A stretch of DNA of 15,885 nucleotides from Candidatus Nanohalobium sp. (GTDB lineage: Archaea; Nanohalarchaeota; Nanosalinia; Nanosalinales; Nanosalinaceae): the NCBI GenBank assembly GCA_042216335.1, contig JBDGTY010000023.1, forward strand, positions 44,528-60,412, given 5' to 3'. The position numbers and the translations under genes are program-made. Under the pieces are notes generated by a model. That model was not told where the DNA came from. It did no database searches and saw nothing but the letters and a program-made list of their open reading frames with translations. This document shows positions 1 to 7,075 of the stretch, in pieces. Numbering within the stretch: position 1 is the first letter of the stretch; every line of letters starts with the position of its first letter.

Positions 1-527
1 AAACTGCTTCCCTTTCCCTGTGGAGATACACTGACTGTGTTACTGGAGTCTACTGAAATATTCGTACCGGCAGAAACCTCGGGGTGATGATCGTCGGCAG
101 AGACATTAGAAATATTGTCGTGGCTGATTCCGGACTGATTTATCGATGAGGCCGGGATGTAAGAGTTTGATTCGTCCCAGATGAGTTCGCCGTCTTTTGC
201 CTCCAGGTCTCCGAGTAACTGGAACGGCGCCGAACCCATAGTTGCCTTTTTTGCTTCCACCCCACTGGTTCCCTGACTGGATGGCTGTAAGACAGACCAC
301 TCTATACCAGCAGCTGAGGAGCTTAATGCCAGACTGCCCGCGCCGACGCCAAGCATCTTCAGGAAACTTCTACGGCTTAAACCTGTCTCCTCTTCTTCCT
401 GTTTATCCTCACCCGATTCGGATACACCCAGTTCTTCCTTTACCTCTTCACGTACTTCCTTCCGTTTCTTGTCAATCTTCTCCTCGACTTTCCTCTCTAT
501 AAGTTTCTCTATATCTTCATCGGACAT
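1..527 (-). CDS. Tat-signal secreted/surface protein, partial (runs off the left window edge)
   Basis: Not in the ORF track. Manual translation from ATG at 527 is open to position 1: MSDEDIEKLIERKVEEKIDKKRKEVREEVKEELGVSESGEDKQEEEETGL-SRRSFLK-MLGVGAGSLALSSSAAG-IEWSVLQ...VSVSPQGKGSS. Perfect S-R-R-x-F-L-K at 377-357, then a hydrophobic h-region and small-residue cleavage region. TATA-like TTTAAG 26 nt upstream. Confidence 0.85.
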   Translation of the reverse strand, partial: MSDEDIEKLIERKVEEKIDKKRKEVREEVKEELGVSESGEDKQEEEETGLSRRSFLKMLGVGAGSLALSSSAAGIEWSVLQPSSQGTSGVEAKKATMGSAPFQLLGDLEAKDGELIWDESNSYIPASSINQSGISHDNISNVSADDHHPEVSAGTNISVDSSNTVSVSPQGKGSS

Positions 528-547
528 AAGAGGAAATCCTCGTGCAT

Positions 548-556
548 CTTAAATAA
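548..556 (-). promoter_or_regulatory. Putative TATA box of the Tat-protein gene (leaderless)
   Basis: Minus-strand TTATTTAAG; TTTAAG starts 26 nt before ATG 527 and no SD is visible. Confidence 0.5.
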
Positions 557-559
557 GTT

Positions 560-1345
560 TTATGTTTCATAGTCCGCTCCGAAGTCGCTCAAACCTTTCT
601 GGGAATTATCCACGCCGTCGTATGATGCGATCACGTCCTCCATCTCGACTTCCACGAACTCCAGGTCTCGTTCTTCCAGGTAGTCCAGTACTTTGTCGGT
701 CATCTTGGGTGCGAGCAGGATACCTCTGACTTTTCCGCGGAACTCGTCGTCTATCTCCTCGACGTAACGGTTCAGCTGGAGGACGGTGTTGTAGTCCGGG
801 TTCCTCTTCACCTCGATAACCACGTAGTTGTCTTCATCGTCCCGGGCGAACACGTCGATGAAGCCGGCTGGAGTCTCCCTCTCCCGCTCTATAACGTTCA
901 GCTCCTCCTCGACTATCTCCGGGTCTTCCTCCACCGCCTCGTGGATGTCGACCTCGTGGCCCGCGATCTTCAGTTCGGACTTGTCCACCATTTGAGAGAC
1001 AGTGATCAATTCGACTTCCTCAAACCTGATCTCTACAAGTTCGTCTGGAGAACTACGTGAAGCCTTCAGGATCAGATGGTCGTTCTCCTCATCGATCTTG
1101 ACCTCATACTTATCCACTTCCGGCTGCCAGTTCTTCGGCTGGTAGTTCTCCGGGCCGTGAACCAGAAGAGCAGAGTCCTGCTTCTTGATGACCAGACGCT
1201 CCCCTCTATCCAGCTTCGACTTCGCCCGTCCCTGATAGTTGACGGAACAGAGACCGTTGATCTGGACAGTGTACTCCCTTCTGAGGTACTCTGTCAGGAC
1301 TTCTCTGGATTCGGATAGTTCCGGGTTTTGGAGTAGTTTTTCCAT
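560..1345 (-). CDS. nucS: Mismatch-specific endonuclease NucS/EndoMS
   Basis: N-terminal CSVNYQGRAKSKL..GERLVIKKQDSALLVH..YQPKNWQP; RecB-like nuclease motifs IDVFARD..VVIEVKR..QLNRY; C-terminal PIP-box-like QKGLSDF. Confidence 0.95.
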   Translation of the reverse strand: MEKLLQNPELSESREVLTEYLRREYTVQINGLCSVNYQGRAKSKLDRGERLVIKKQDSALLVHGPENYQPKNWQPEVDKYEVKIDEENDHLILKASRSSPDELVEIRFEEVELITVSQMVDKSELKIAGHEVDIHEAVEEDPEIVEEELNVIERERETPAGFIDVFARDDEDNYVVIEVKRNPDYNTVLQLNRYVEEIDDEFRGKVRGILLAPKMTDKVLDYLEERDLEFVEVEMEDVIASYDGVDNSQKGLSDFGADYET

Positions 1346-1367
1346 GAAGGTATTTTTGCTGGAAAGA

Positions 1368-1378
1368 ATTAAGTTTCG
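1368..1378 (-). promoter_or_regulatory. Putative BRE/TATA of nucS (leaderless)
   Basis: Minus-strand CGAAA-CTTAAT; TTAA begins 27 nt upstream of ATG 1345. Confidence 0.5.
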
Positions 1379-1434
1379 TTAGCTTTCTCCAGTATCTTGC
1401 TGTATAGTTCTTCGGATATCCAGAACCCTAGACT
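1369..1434 (-). pseudogene. C-terminal remnant of a DUF3368-like PIN-domain toxin
   Basis: Minus frame reads SLGFWISEELYSKILEKANET* with no start codon (in-frame TAA at 1437-1435). GFWISEELY..IL resembles the DUF3368 C-terminus, and DUF3368 genes usually lie directly after UPF0175 genes. Confidence 0.65.
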
Positions 1435-1676
1435 TTAGCGTACTCTACGTCCTCTTCAAGCTCTTCCCCAGCATAGTGTCTCTCTACTCCGCGCTTGCCC
1501 AGAACCTCCTGGAAACGGGCCTTGGAGACTCCGACCAGTTGACGGGCCTTGCCGAACGAGAGAGCACCTCGATCATACAGGGATACCGCCAGCTCCATCC
1601 TCAACTCATCCTTCCTCCCACTCTCAGGGATCCTCACGGAGTCAAACACATCCCGCGGAATATCAACCTCAGACAT
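1428..1676 (-). CDS. UPF0175 family protein (putative HTH antitoxin)
   Basis: 82 aa, ELAVSLYDRGALSFGKARQLVGVSKARFQEVLGKRGVERHY..EELEED is the typical UPF0175 pattern. Confidence 0.9.
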   Translation of the reverse strand: MSEVDIPRDVFDSVRIPESGRKDELRMELAVSLYDRGALSFGKARQLVGVSKARFQEVLGKRGVERHYAGEELEEDVEYAKV

Positions 1677-1715
1677 AACGAGAAAAGAGGATGGAAAACC
1701 TAAACACTTAATCCC

Positions 1716-2528
1716 TTAGCTCAAATCAGAACCCGACTCCAGCTCTCTTCCGGCGTCATCCAGCCCCGTTTCAGGTTGCTCCAGTGCATCTTCAGTCAAA
1801 CCAGGGAGAGCGTCCGTATCTGAACCCGAACCAGAGTAATTATCTGATGAGTCGGGAGAACTGGAATCATACTCTGATCCGTCCATGAGACTCCTATCGA
1901 CTTCATACTCATCCGCTACTGTGGCCGCCATGTAAAGGCTGTTGTCGACCTCCCTTACTAGGCCTTCTTCCATCAGCAATCCCAGTCTGTGGTGCCCTAG
2001 TTTCGTCTTTGCAAACTGCGGATCAATTTTCAGAAATGCATCTCTAATACCTACTGTTCGAACTTCATCATAACTTTTAGAATCAGTGTAAATCGCTTCG
2101 ACAAGATCTCCATAGGCGGAGTCCAGTTCCTCCTCAAGATCACCCACTTCAGTTTCAGGAAAGTCAATATCGTCATTGTACGGATCCTCACCCTCCGTGG
2201 CACCGGGAGGCGTCACACTTATCCACGCCTTACTCAGTTCATTCTCTATGTCTGTAGTGGCTCCTCGAGAAATATCATTCGCCAGAGCAGTATTGTAGTC
2301 TTCACTTGAGCTTTCAGAACCGCCTTCAACAGGCATCTCGCCAGTTATATCTGAGGACAGTTCCAAGGTCGCTGCCCTGTGATCAGTTTTACTTCGGTGA
2401 AGTGAAGTAGGCCTGACACCAAGCATTTCGTACAGGTCGTGTTCAACTTCGTCCCCTGACCGCTCCTCATAGTGATTCTGCACCTGTGCCAGAAGCCCGT
2501 GCAGATGAATCAGTTCCTGCTTCTTCAT
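1716..2528 (-). CDS. UPF0058-family N-terminal domain fused to a ~200 aa acidic extension with a possible winged helix
   Basis: First ~62 aa MKKQELIHLHGLLAQV..Y..LGVRPTSLHRSKTDHRAA match haloarchaeal UPF0058 proteins. Later RLGLLMEEGLVREVDNSLY resembles a wHTH recognition helix and wing. Ser/Asp-rich tail. Confidence 0.8.
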   Translation of the reverse strand: MKKQELIHLHGLLAQVQNHYEERSGDEVEHDLYEMLGVRPTSLHRSKTDHRAATLELSSDITGEMPVEGGSESSSEDYNTALANDISRGATTDIENELSKAWISVTPPGATEGEDPYNDDIDFPETEVGDLEEELDSAYGDLVEAIYTDSKSYDEVRTVGIRDAFLKIDPQFAKTKLGHHRLGLLMEEGLVREVDNSLYMAATVADEYEVDRSLMDGSEYDSSSPDSSDNYSGSGSDTDALPGLTEDALEQPETGLDDAGRELESGSDLS

Positions 2529-2585
2529 GCCGACGTATGCGAACCCAAGAGTAAAATATCAAAGAGAAAAACTCCAGAATAATCA

Positions 2586-3248
2586 ATGGACTACACCATC
2601 AACGACCTGCCTGAGTCCGAGCGACCGAGGGAGAAGCTGGCGGAGCACGGTGTTTCCTCTCTCAGCGATGTGGAGCTTCTTTCTATAATCATAAGGACCG
2701 GTATCCAGGGGAAGAACGTGAAGGAGCTTTCCGGTGAGATACTGAACGAGGTCTCGCTCGAGGGACTGGCGGATAGAAGCCTTGAGGAGTTGAAGGAGTT
2801 TGACGGCGTCTCGAAAGTGAAGGCTGGCCAGTTGCTGGCCGCTGGTGAGCTGGGAAGGAGGATGAAGAGGACCGAGCGGGAGAAAATCGAGAGCTTTTCG
2901 GATGTCGAGGCGCAGGTCGGCGACATGAAGTTCCTGGAGTCCGAGGTCGCGCGTGTATTCTACCTGAACTCGGGCAACGAGATCGTGTCGGAGAAGGAGA
3001 TCGAAGGCGGCATCTCATCGGTCGATGTCGAGGTCCAGGAGATCTTTCGTGAAGGACTTCAGGCGAACGCCTCGGCCCTGATCCTTGCGCACAACCATCC
3101 TTCTGGAAAGGCGGAGGCGACGGATCAGGACATCGAGTTCACCAGGGAGTTGATCGAGCTTGGGGAAAAACTGGGCCTGGAGGTCTTGGACCATGCAGTG
3201 GTCGGGAAGAGTGTTCAGAGCATGCGGAGAGGTACTGAGCTCTGGTAG
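2586..3248 (+). CDS. radC: RadC/UPF0758 family protein (N-terminal domain, HhH, JAB domain)
   Basis: DLPESERPREKL..G..SLSDVELLSIIIRTG; HhH FDGVSKVKA; JAB motif E...ILAHNHPSG.....D..LDH. Confidence 0.95.
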   Translation: MDYTINDLPESERPREKLAEHGVSSLSDVELLSIIIRTGIQGKNVKELSGEILNEVSLEGLADRSLEELKEFDGVSKVKAGQLLAAGELGRRMKRTEREKIESFSDVEAQVGDMKFLESEVARVFYLNSGNEIVSEKEIEGGISSVDVEVQEIFREGLQANASALILAHNHPSGKAEATDQDIEFTRELIELGEKLGLEVLDHAVVGKSVQSMRRGTELW

Positions 3249-3306
3249 GCCAGGATTCTGGATATTCGCGGCCTGTTTATGTACCTTTCGGTACCTGTCC
3301 TCACCC

Positions 3307-3315
3307 TATTTAAAA
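3307..3315 (+). promoter_or_regulatory. Putative TATA box of the RNA polymerase operon
   Basis: TATTTAAAA in the radC-rpo5 spacer; implies a leader of roughly 45 nt before ATG 3382. Confidence 0.45.
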
Positions 3316-3381
3316 CTTGCTCAAGTCTTCCTTATTGTAACTAAAAAGGTTTCTTGAGGCTCTCGAGAGTTGATTTCCACC

Positions 3382-3618
3382 ATGGCAATAGACATCCGCG
3401 ACCACGAAGACGTTCCAGAACACCGCAAAATGGAAGAAGATGAGGTCGAGGAGGTTCTCCAGAAGTTTGATGCGGAGAAAGAAGACCTCCCGAAGATAGA
3501 GCGCACCGATGCAGCTTTGAAGCAGATGGATGTCGAGGTCGGCGATGTGATTGAGATCAACAGGAGTTCTCCTACAGCTGGAAAAACCACTTATTACAGA
3601 CAGGTTATCGAAAGATGA
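3382..3618 (+). CDS. rpoH: DNA-directed RNA polymerase subunit Rpo5 (H)
   Basis: HEDVPEH...LPKIERTD...GDVIEINRSSPTAGKTTYYRQV. ATG 3382 preferred over TTG 3370. First gene of the conserved archaeal rpo operon. Confidence 0.96.
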   Translation: MAIDIRDHEDVPEHRKMEEDEVEEVLQKFDAEKEDLPKIERTDAALKQMDVEVGDVIEINRSSPTAGKTTYYRQVIER

Positions 3619-3671
3619 GATCGAAGATCTTAGATCTTCTCGGATTGGCATCACAAGGTGATACACTATGA
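3615..3671 (+). CDS. Putative 18-aa bridging mini-ORF (MRSKILDLLGLASQGDTL)
   Basis: ATG overlaps the rpo5 stop (ATGA 3615-3618) and its TGA overlaps the rpo2'' start (ATGA 3668-3671). Translation is unproven. Confidence 0.35.
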   Translation: MRSKILDLLGLASQGDTL

Positions 3672-5122
3672 AAGAAGAGTTCCTGGAGCAGTTGATCGAC
3701 AGAAACGTTGTAAAACATCAGATAGAAAGCTATAATCGTTTTGTGGAGGAAAGGATACAGGCTATTCTGAACGAGGTTGGAAGCATCGAGCCAGAGCTTC
3801 CAGACGGAGAAGATCTTGTCATAAAGATTGTTGATGTTGAGATCGAGAGGCCTAAGATCAATGAGGCCGACGGTTCTGTCAGAAAGATCACTCCTAGAGA
3901 GGCACGGATGAGAGACCTGACATACAGCTCAGAGATCAAGGTCGAGATGACACCGATCTTCGAGGGAGTGAAACAGGAACCTGAAGAAGTCACTATCGGA
4001 GAGATCCCTGTGATGATCGGTTCTGATCTGTGCTGGACCTCTGAGTGGGACGAGGAAGAGATGAGAGAGAACGGCGAGGATCCAGAGGATGTCGGAGGAT
4101 ACTTCATCATCAACGGCTCCGAGAAGACTATCATCGCGATGGAGGAGATGGCCGACAACAAGCCAATCTACCTCGAAGACGATGAGGAGCAGAAATGCCG
4201 TATCAACTCCGAGAACTCTGGATACGTGCAGAGACACCAGTTGATCAGGGACGACGACATAATCAACATCAACTTCGCCAACGTCAAGAAGACTCCGGCG
4301 GTCGCACTCATCAGAGCGCTCGGCTACGAGACAGACAAGGAGATAGTCGAAGCTATCGGAGAAGAGTACTCATCTGACGTCTACCTCAACCTCTACGAGG
4401 TCGACGCATCCAACCAGGAAGAGGCCTACGAGTACGTAGGAAGACAGGCAGGCATCACAAGCGATGTAGAGGAGAGAGTCGACAAGATACTTGACGAGTA
4501 CCTGCTTCCGCACCTTGGACAGGAGCCGGAAGCGAGGGAAGAGAAGGCAGAGCTTCTAGCCACCATGATAAGGAACGTTATCGCACTTGGTAAAGGAGAC
4601 ATAACACCGGACGACATGGACCACTACGCAAACAAGAGGCTGAACCTTGCCGGAGAACTGCTCGAGATGCAGTTCAGAAGTGTATTCCTCGGAAAATGGG
4701 GTCTGGTCGCAAGGATGAAGTACAACTTCCAGAAAAGCGCCAAGAGAGGAAGACTTCCTTCACTTCAGTCCACAGTTGTTTCAGATACTCTCAACAAGCA
4801 GATTATGGGAGCTATGGCAACAGGAAACTGGGTGGGCGGAAGAACAGGAGTCTGCCAGAGCCTGGAAAGAAACAACAGGATCAAGACGCTGGCACACCTC
4901 AGGAACATCGTTTCTCCACTCAGCGCGGACAGGCAGCACTTCGAGGCACGTGACCTCCATCCAACGCACTGGGGCAGGATCTGTCCGATCAAGACACCAG
5001 AAGGTATGAACATCGGACTCCGTACACACCTTGCGATGTCTGCGAACGTTTCCACAGGAATGAACGAGATGGAGAAAAACTCGCTGGAGATGAAACTGCA
5101 GGAAGCAGGTGTGGAGGAGTAA
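3668..5122 (+). CDS. rpoB2: DNA-directed RNA polymerase subunit Rpo2N (B'')
   Basis: HQIESYNRF, PREARMRDLTYS, GEIPVMIGS, GGYFIINGSEK, DHYANKRL, ATGNW, EARDLHPTHWGRICP; SD AGGTGA at 3656-3661. Confidence 0.97.
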   Translation: MKEEFLEQLIDRNVVKHQIESYNRFVEERIQAILNEVGSIEPELPDGEDLVIKIVDVEIERPKINEADGSVRKITPREARMRDLTYSSEIKVEMTPIFEGVKQEPEEVTIGEIPVMIGSDLCWTSEWDEEEMRENGEDPEDVGGYFIINGSEKTIIAMEEMADNKPIYLEDDEEQKCRINSENSGYVQRHQLIRDDDIININFANVKKTPAVALIRALGYETDKEIVEAIGEEYSSDVYLNLYEVDASNQEEAYEYVGRQAGITSDVEERVDKILDEYLLPHLGQEPEAREEKAELLATMIRNVIALGKGDITPDDMDHYANKRLNLAGELLEMQFRSVFLGKWGLVARMKYNFQKSAKRGRLPSLQSTVVSDTLNKQIMGAMATGNWVGGRTGVCQSLERNNRIKTLAHLRNIVSPLSADRQHFEARDLHPTHWGRICPIKTPEGMNIGLRTHLAMSANVSTGMNEMEKNSLEMKLQEAGVEE

Positions 5123-5135
5123 AAAGGTGGCTAAA

Positions 5136-5264
5136 ATGATGAAAATAGCCAGATTTTCGGATTCCCAGAAAACACAGAGTGTTTTCGACATGAGCAAAAT
5201 TTCAAATCATACTATGAAACGTGGAAAAAGAATTGGAACCAGAAGCACAGAGGTGCTTCTATAG
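5136..5264 (+). CDS. Putative 42-aa small ORF in the rpo2''-rpo2' spacer
   Basis: AGGTG at 5125-5129, ATG at 5136, open for 42 codons (MMKIARFSDSQKTQSVFDMSKISNHTMKRGKRIGTRSTEVLL), TAG directly abutting the rpo2' ATG in the same frame. Confidence 0.35.
   Translation: MMKIARFSDSQKTQSVFDMSKISNHTMKRGKRIGTRSTEVLL
5165..5260 (+). repeat. Two related 8-bp perfect hairpins, the second covering the rpo2' SD
   Basis: GAAAACAC-AGA-GTGTTTTC (5168-5186) and AGAAGCAC-AGAG-GTGCTTCT (5241-5260); both begin within a CCAGAA. Confidence 0.8.
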
Positions 5265-7064
5265 ATGACAGATGTATTTCTAGATGGACAGATTATTGGC
5301 AAGATTGACGAGCCGGAGGAAATCAGACAGAACATCATCGAGAAGCGCAGGGAAGGAGAAATCGAGAAAGAGGTCTCCGTCCACTACGCGGAAGATCGTG
5401 ACGAAATCCGGATCAACTCTGACGCCGGAAGAGTCCTCAGGCCCGTTATCATCGTTGAGGAAGGCGAGCCCCAACTCAGCGAACAGGACCTGAACGAGCT
5501 GGCAGAAGGAAACGCCACACTTGAGGACTTCGAGGAAGAAGGAAAGATCGAGTACATGGACGCAGAGGAAGAGGAAAACTCCTACGTCGCCATGGATAGA
5601 GACGAAGTCACTGAAGAACATACTCATCTTGAGATCGACCCGGAGATCATCAACGGACTCTCAGCTTCCCTCACAGTCTATCCCGAGCACAACCGTGGAG
5701 ACCGTGTCAACTTCGGTGCGAAGATGGCAGGGCAGGGACTTGGAATGCCCAGCAGAGACTTCCACCAGAGGTTTGAGACGAGAAGTAACATTTTGACATA
5801 CGGCCAGCAGCCGATCGTTGAAACCAATACTTACGATACTATCATCGGAGACCATCCAATCGGACAGAACATGGTTATCGCACTCGCATCCTTCGATGGG
5901 TACAACATCGAGGATGCAGTCATCATGAACAAGGACTCAGTCGAAAGAGGTCTCGGAAGAAGCACATACATGCGTACCTATAAAACAGAGGCACAGCGCT
6001 ACTGGGGAGGCCAGAAGGACGAAATCGGCATCCCTGACAAAGATGTCCGAGGATACAGGAGAGAAGAAGTTTATGGCCATCTCGACGAGGACGGACTCGC
6101 AAATCCCGAGACAGAGGTAGACTCGGACGACGTACTCGTCGGAAAAACGAGCCCTCCAAAGTTCCTCGGATCCAGTGGCGGTGAAGAGGTACAGATGGGA
6201 CTAGCAGACAGGAGAGAAACATCCCTGACAGTAAGACACGGTGAACAGGGAAAGGTCGACAAGATGATGGTATCTGAAACCGGCGACGGCGACAAACTCA
6301 TCAAGGCAAAGATGAGAGAATACAGGATCCCTGAACTCGGCGACAAGTTCGCGACACGGCACGGACAGAAGGGAACAGTCGGAATGCTTGCGCCAGAAGA
6401 AAACATGCCCTTCACCAAGCAAGGTATAACTCCCGACATGATACTTTCGACTCACGCGATCCCGAGCCGTATGACAGTGTCACAGATAATCGAACTCATC
6501 GGCGGAAAGGTCGGCGCACTGCGTGGAGAACCTGTCGACGGAACAGCATACCACAACGAAGACAAAGACAAGCTAAGAGACCAGCTGGAAGAACTCGGCT
6601 TCGAATCCTCCGGAAAAGAGACCATGTACAACGGAGTAACAGGAGAAGAGATGGAAGCTGAAATCATGATCGGTCCAGGATTCTACCTGAAGCTAAGCCA
6701 CATGGTCGGAGACAAGGTCCACGCAAGAGCACGCGGGCCTGTCACACTCCTAACCAAGCAGCCTACCGAGGGAAGAAGCCAGGAGGGTGGCCTCCGCCTC
6801 GGAGAGATGGAAAAGGATGTCTTCGTCGGCCACGGAGCATCCCTTCTCCTCAAGGAACGGTTTGGAGCAGACTCCACAGAGATCGAGGTCTGTGATAACT
6901 GTGGTGAGATCGGAGTACATGATAGAGAAGAGAACGAGCACTTCTGTCCAAACTGTGGTTCAGGAGATCTAGATGAGACAGAGATCCCACACGCATTCCT
7001 CCTGCTGATGAACGAGCTGAAATCCATGATGATGGATACAGAAATCGAACTGGAGGACAACTAG
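5265..7064 (+). CDS. rpoB1: DNA-directed RNA polymerase subunit Rpo2C (B')
   Basis: SDAGRVLRP, YPEHN..R, GYNIEDA, LVGKTSP, GDKFATRHGQKG, IPSRMT, KLSHMV.DKVHAR, QPTEGRSQEGGLRLGEME, C-terminal Zn ribbon CDNC..CPNC. Confidence 0.97.
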   Translation: MTDVFLDGQIIGKIDEPEEIRQNIIEKRREGEIEKEVSVHYAEDRDEIRINSDAGRVLRPVIIVEEGEPQLSEQDLNELAEGNATLEDFEEEGKIEYMDAEEEENSYVAMDRDEVTEEHTHLEIDPEIINGLSASLTVYPEHNRGDRVNFGAKMAGQGLGMPSRDFHQRFETRSNILTYGQQPIVETNTYDTIIGDHPIGQNMVIALASFDGYNIEDAVIMNKDSVERGLGRSTYMRTYKTEAQRYWGGQKDEIGIPDKDVRGYRREEVYGHLDEDGLANPETEVDSDDVLVGKTSPPKFLGSSGGEEVQMGLADRRETSLTVRHGEQGKVDKMMVSETGDGDKLIKAKMREYRIPELGDKFATRHGQKGTVGMLAPEENMPFTKQGITPDMILSTHAIPSRMTVSQIIELIGGKVGALRGEPVDGTAYHNEDKDKLRDQLEELGFESSGKETMYNGVTGEEMEAEIMIGPGFYLKLSHMVGDKVHARARGPVTLLTKQPTEGRSQEGGLRLGEMEKDVFVGHGASLLLKERFGADSTEIEVCDNCGEIGVHDREENEHFCPNCGSGDLDETEIPHAFLLLMNELKSMMMDTEIELEDN

Positions 7065-7075
7065 AGGTGTCTAAC

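Noticed and set aside
106..502. Track ORFs 106..300 (-) and 242..502 (+)
   Set aside because: Shadow frames of the Tat-signal ORF 527..1; composition is unlike the acidic proteome.
3249..3381. Short palindromes in the radC-rpo5 spacer (GTACC-TTTC-GGTAC, CTCAAG/CTTGAG, CTCTCGAGAG)
   Set aside because: Stems of only 5-6 bp with no shared motif; may be terminator or promoter elements but cannot be assigned from sequence alone.
5123..5264. Spacer as a MITE, CRISPR mini-array or tRNA
   Set aside because: No terminal inverted repeats or target-site duplication, only two imperfect repeats, no cas genes, and no cloverleaf or T-loop consensus.
7067..7075. GTG start of rpo1' at 7067
   Set aside because: The GTG is part of the SD (AGGTG); ATG 7076 has proper SD spacing.
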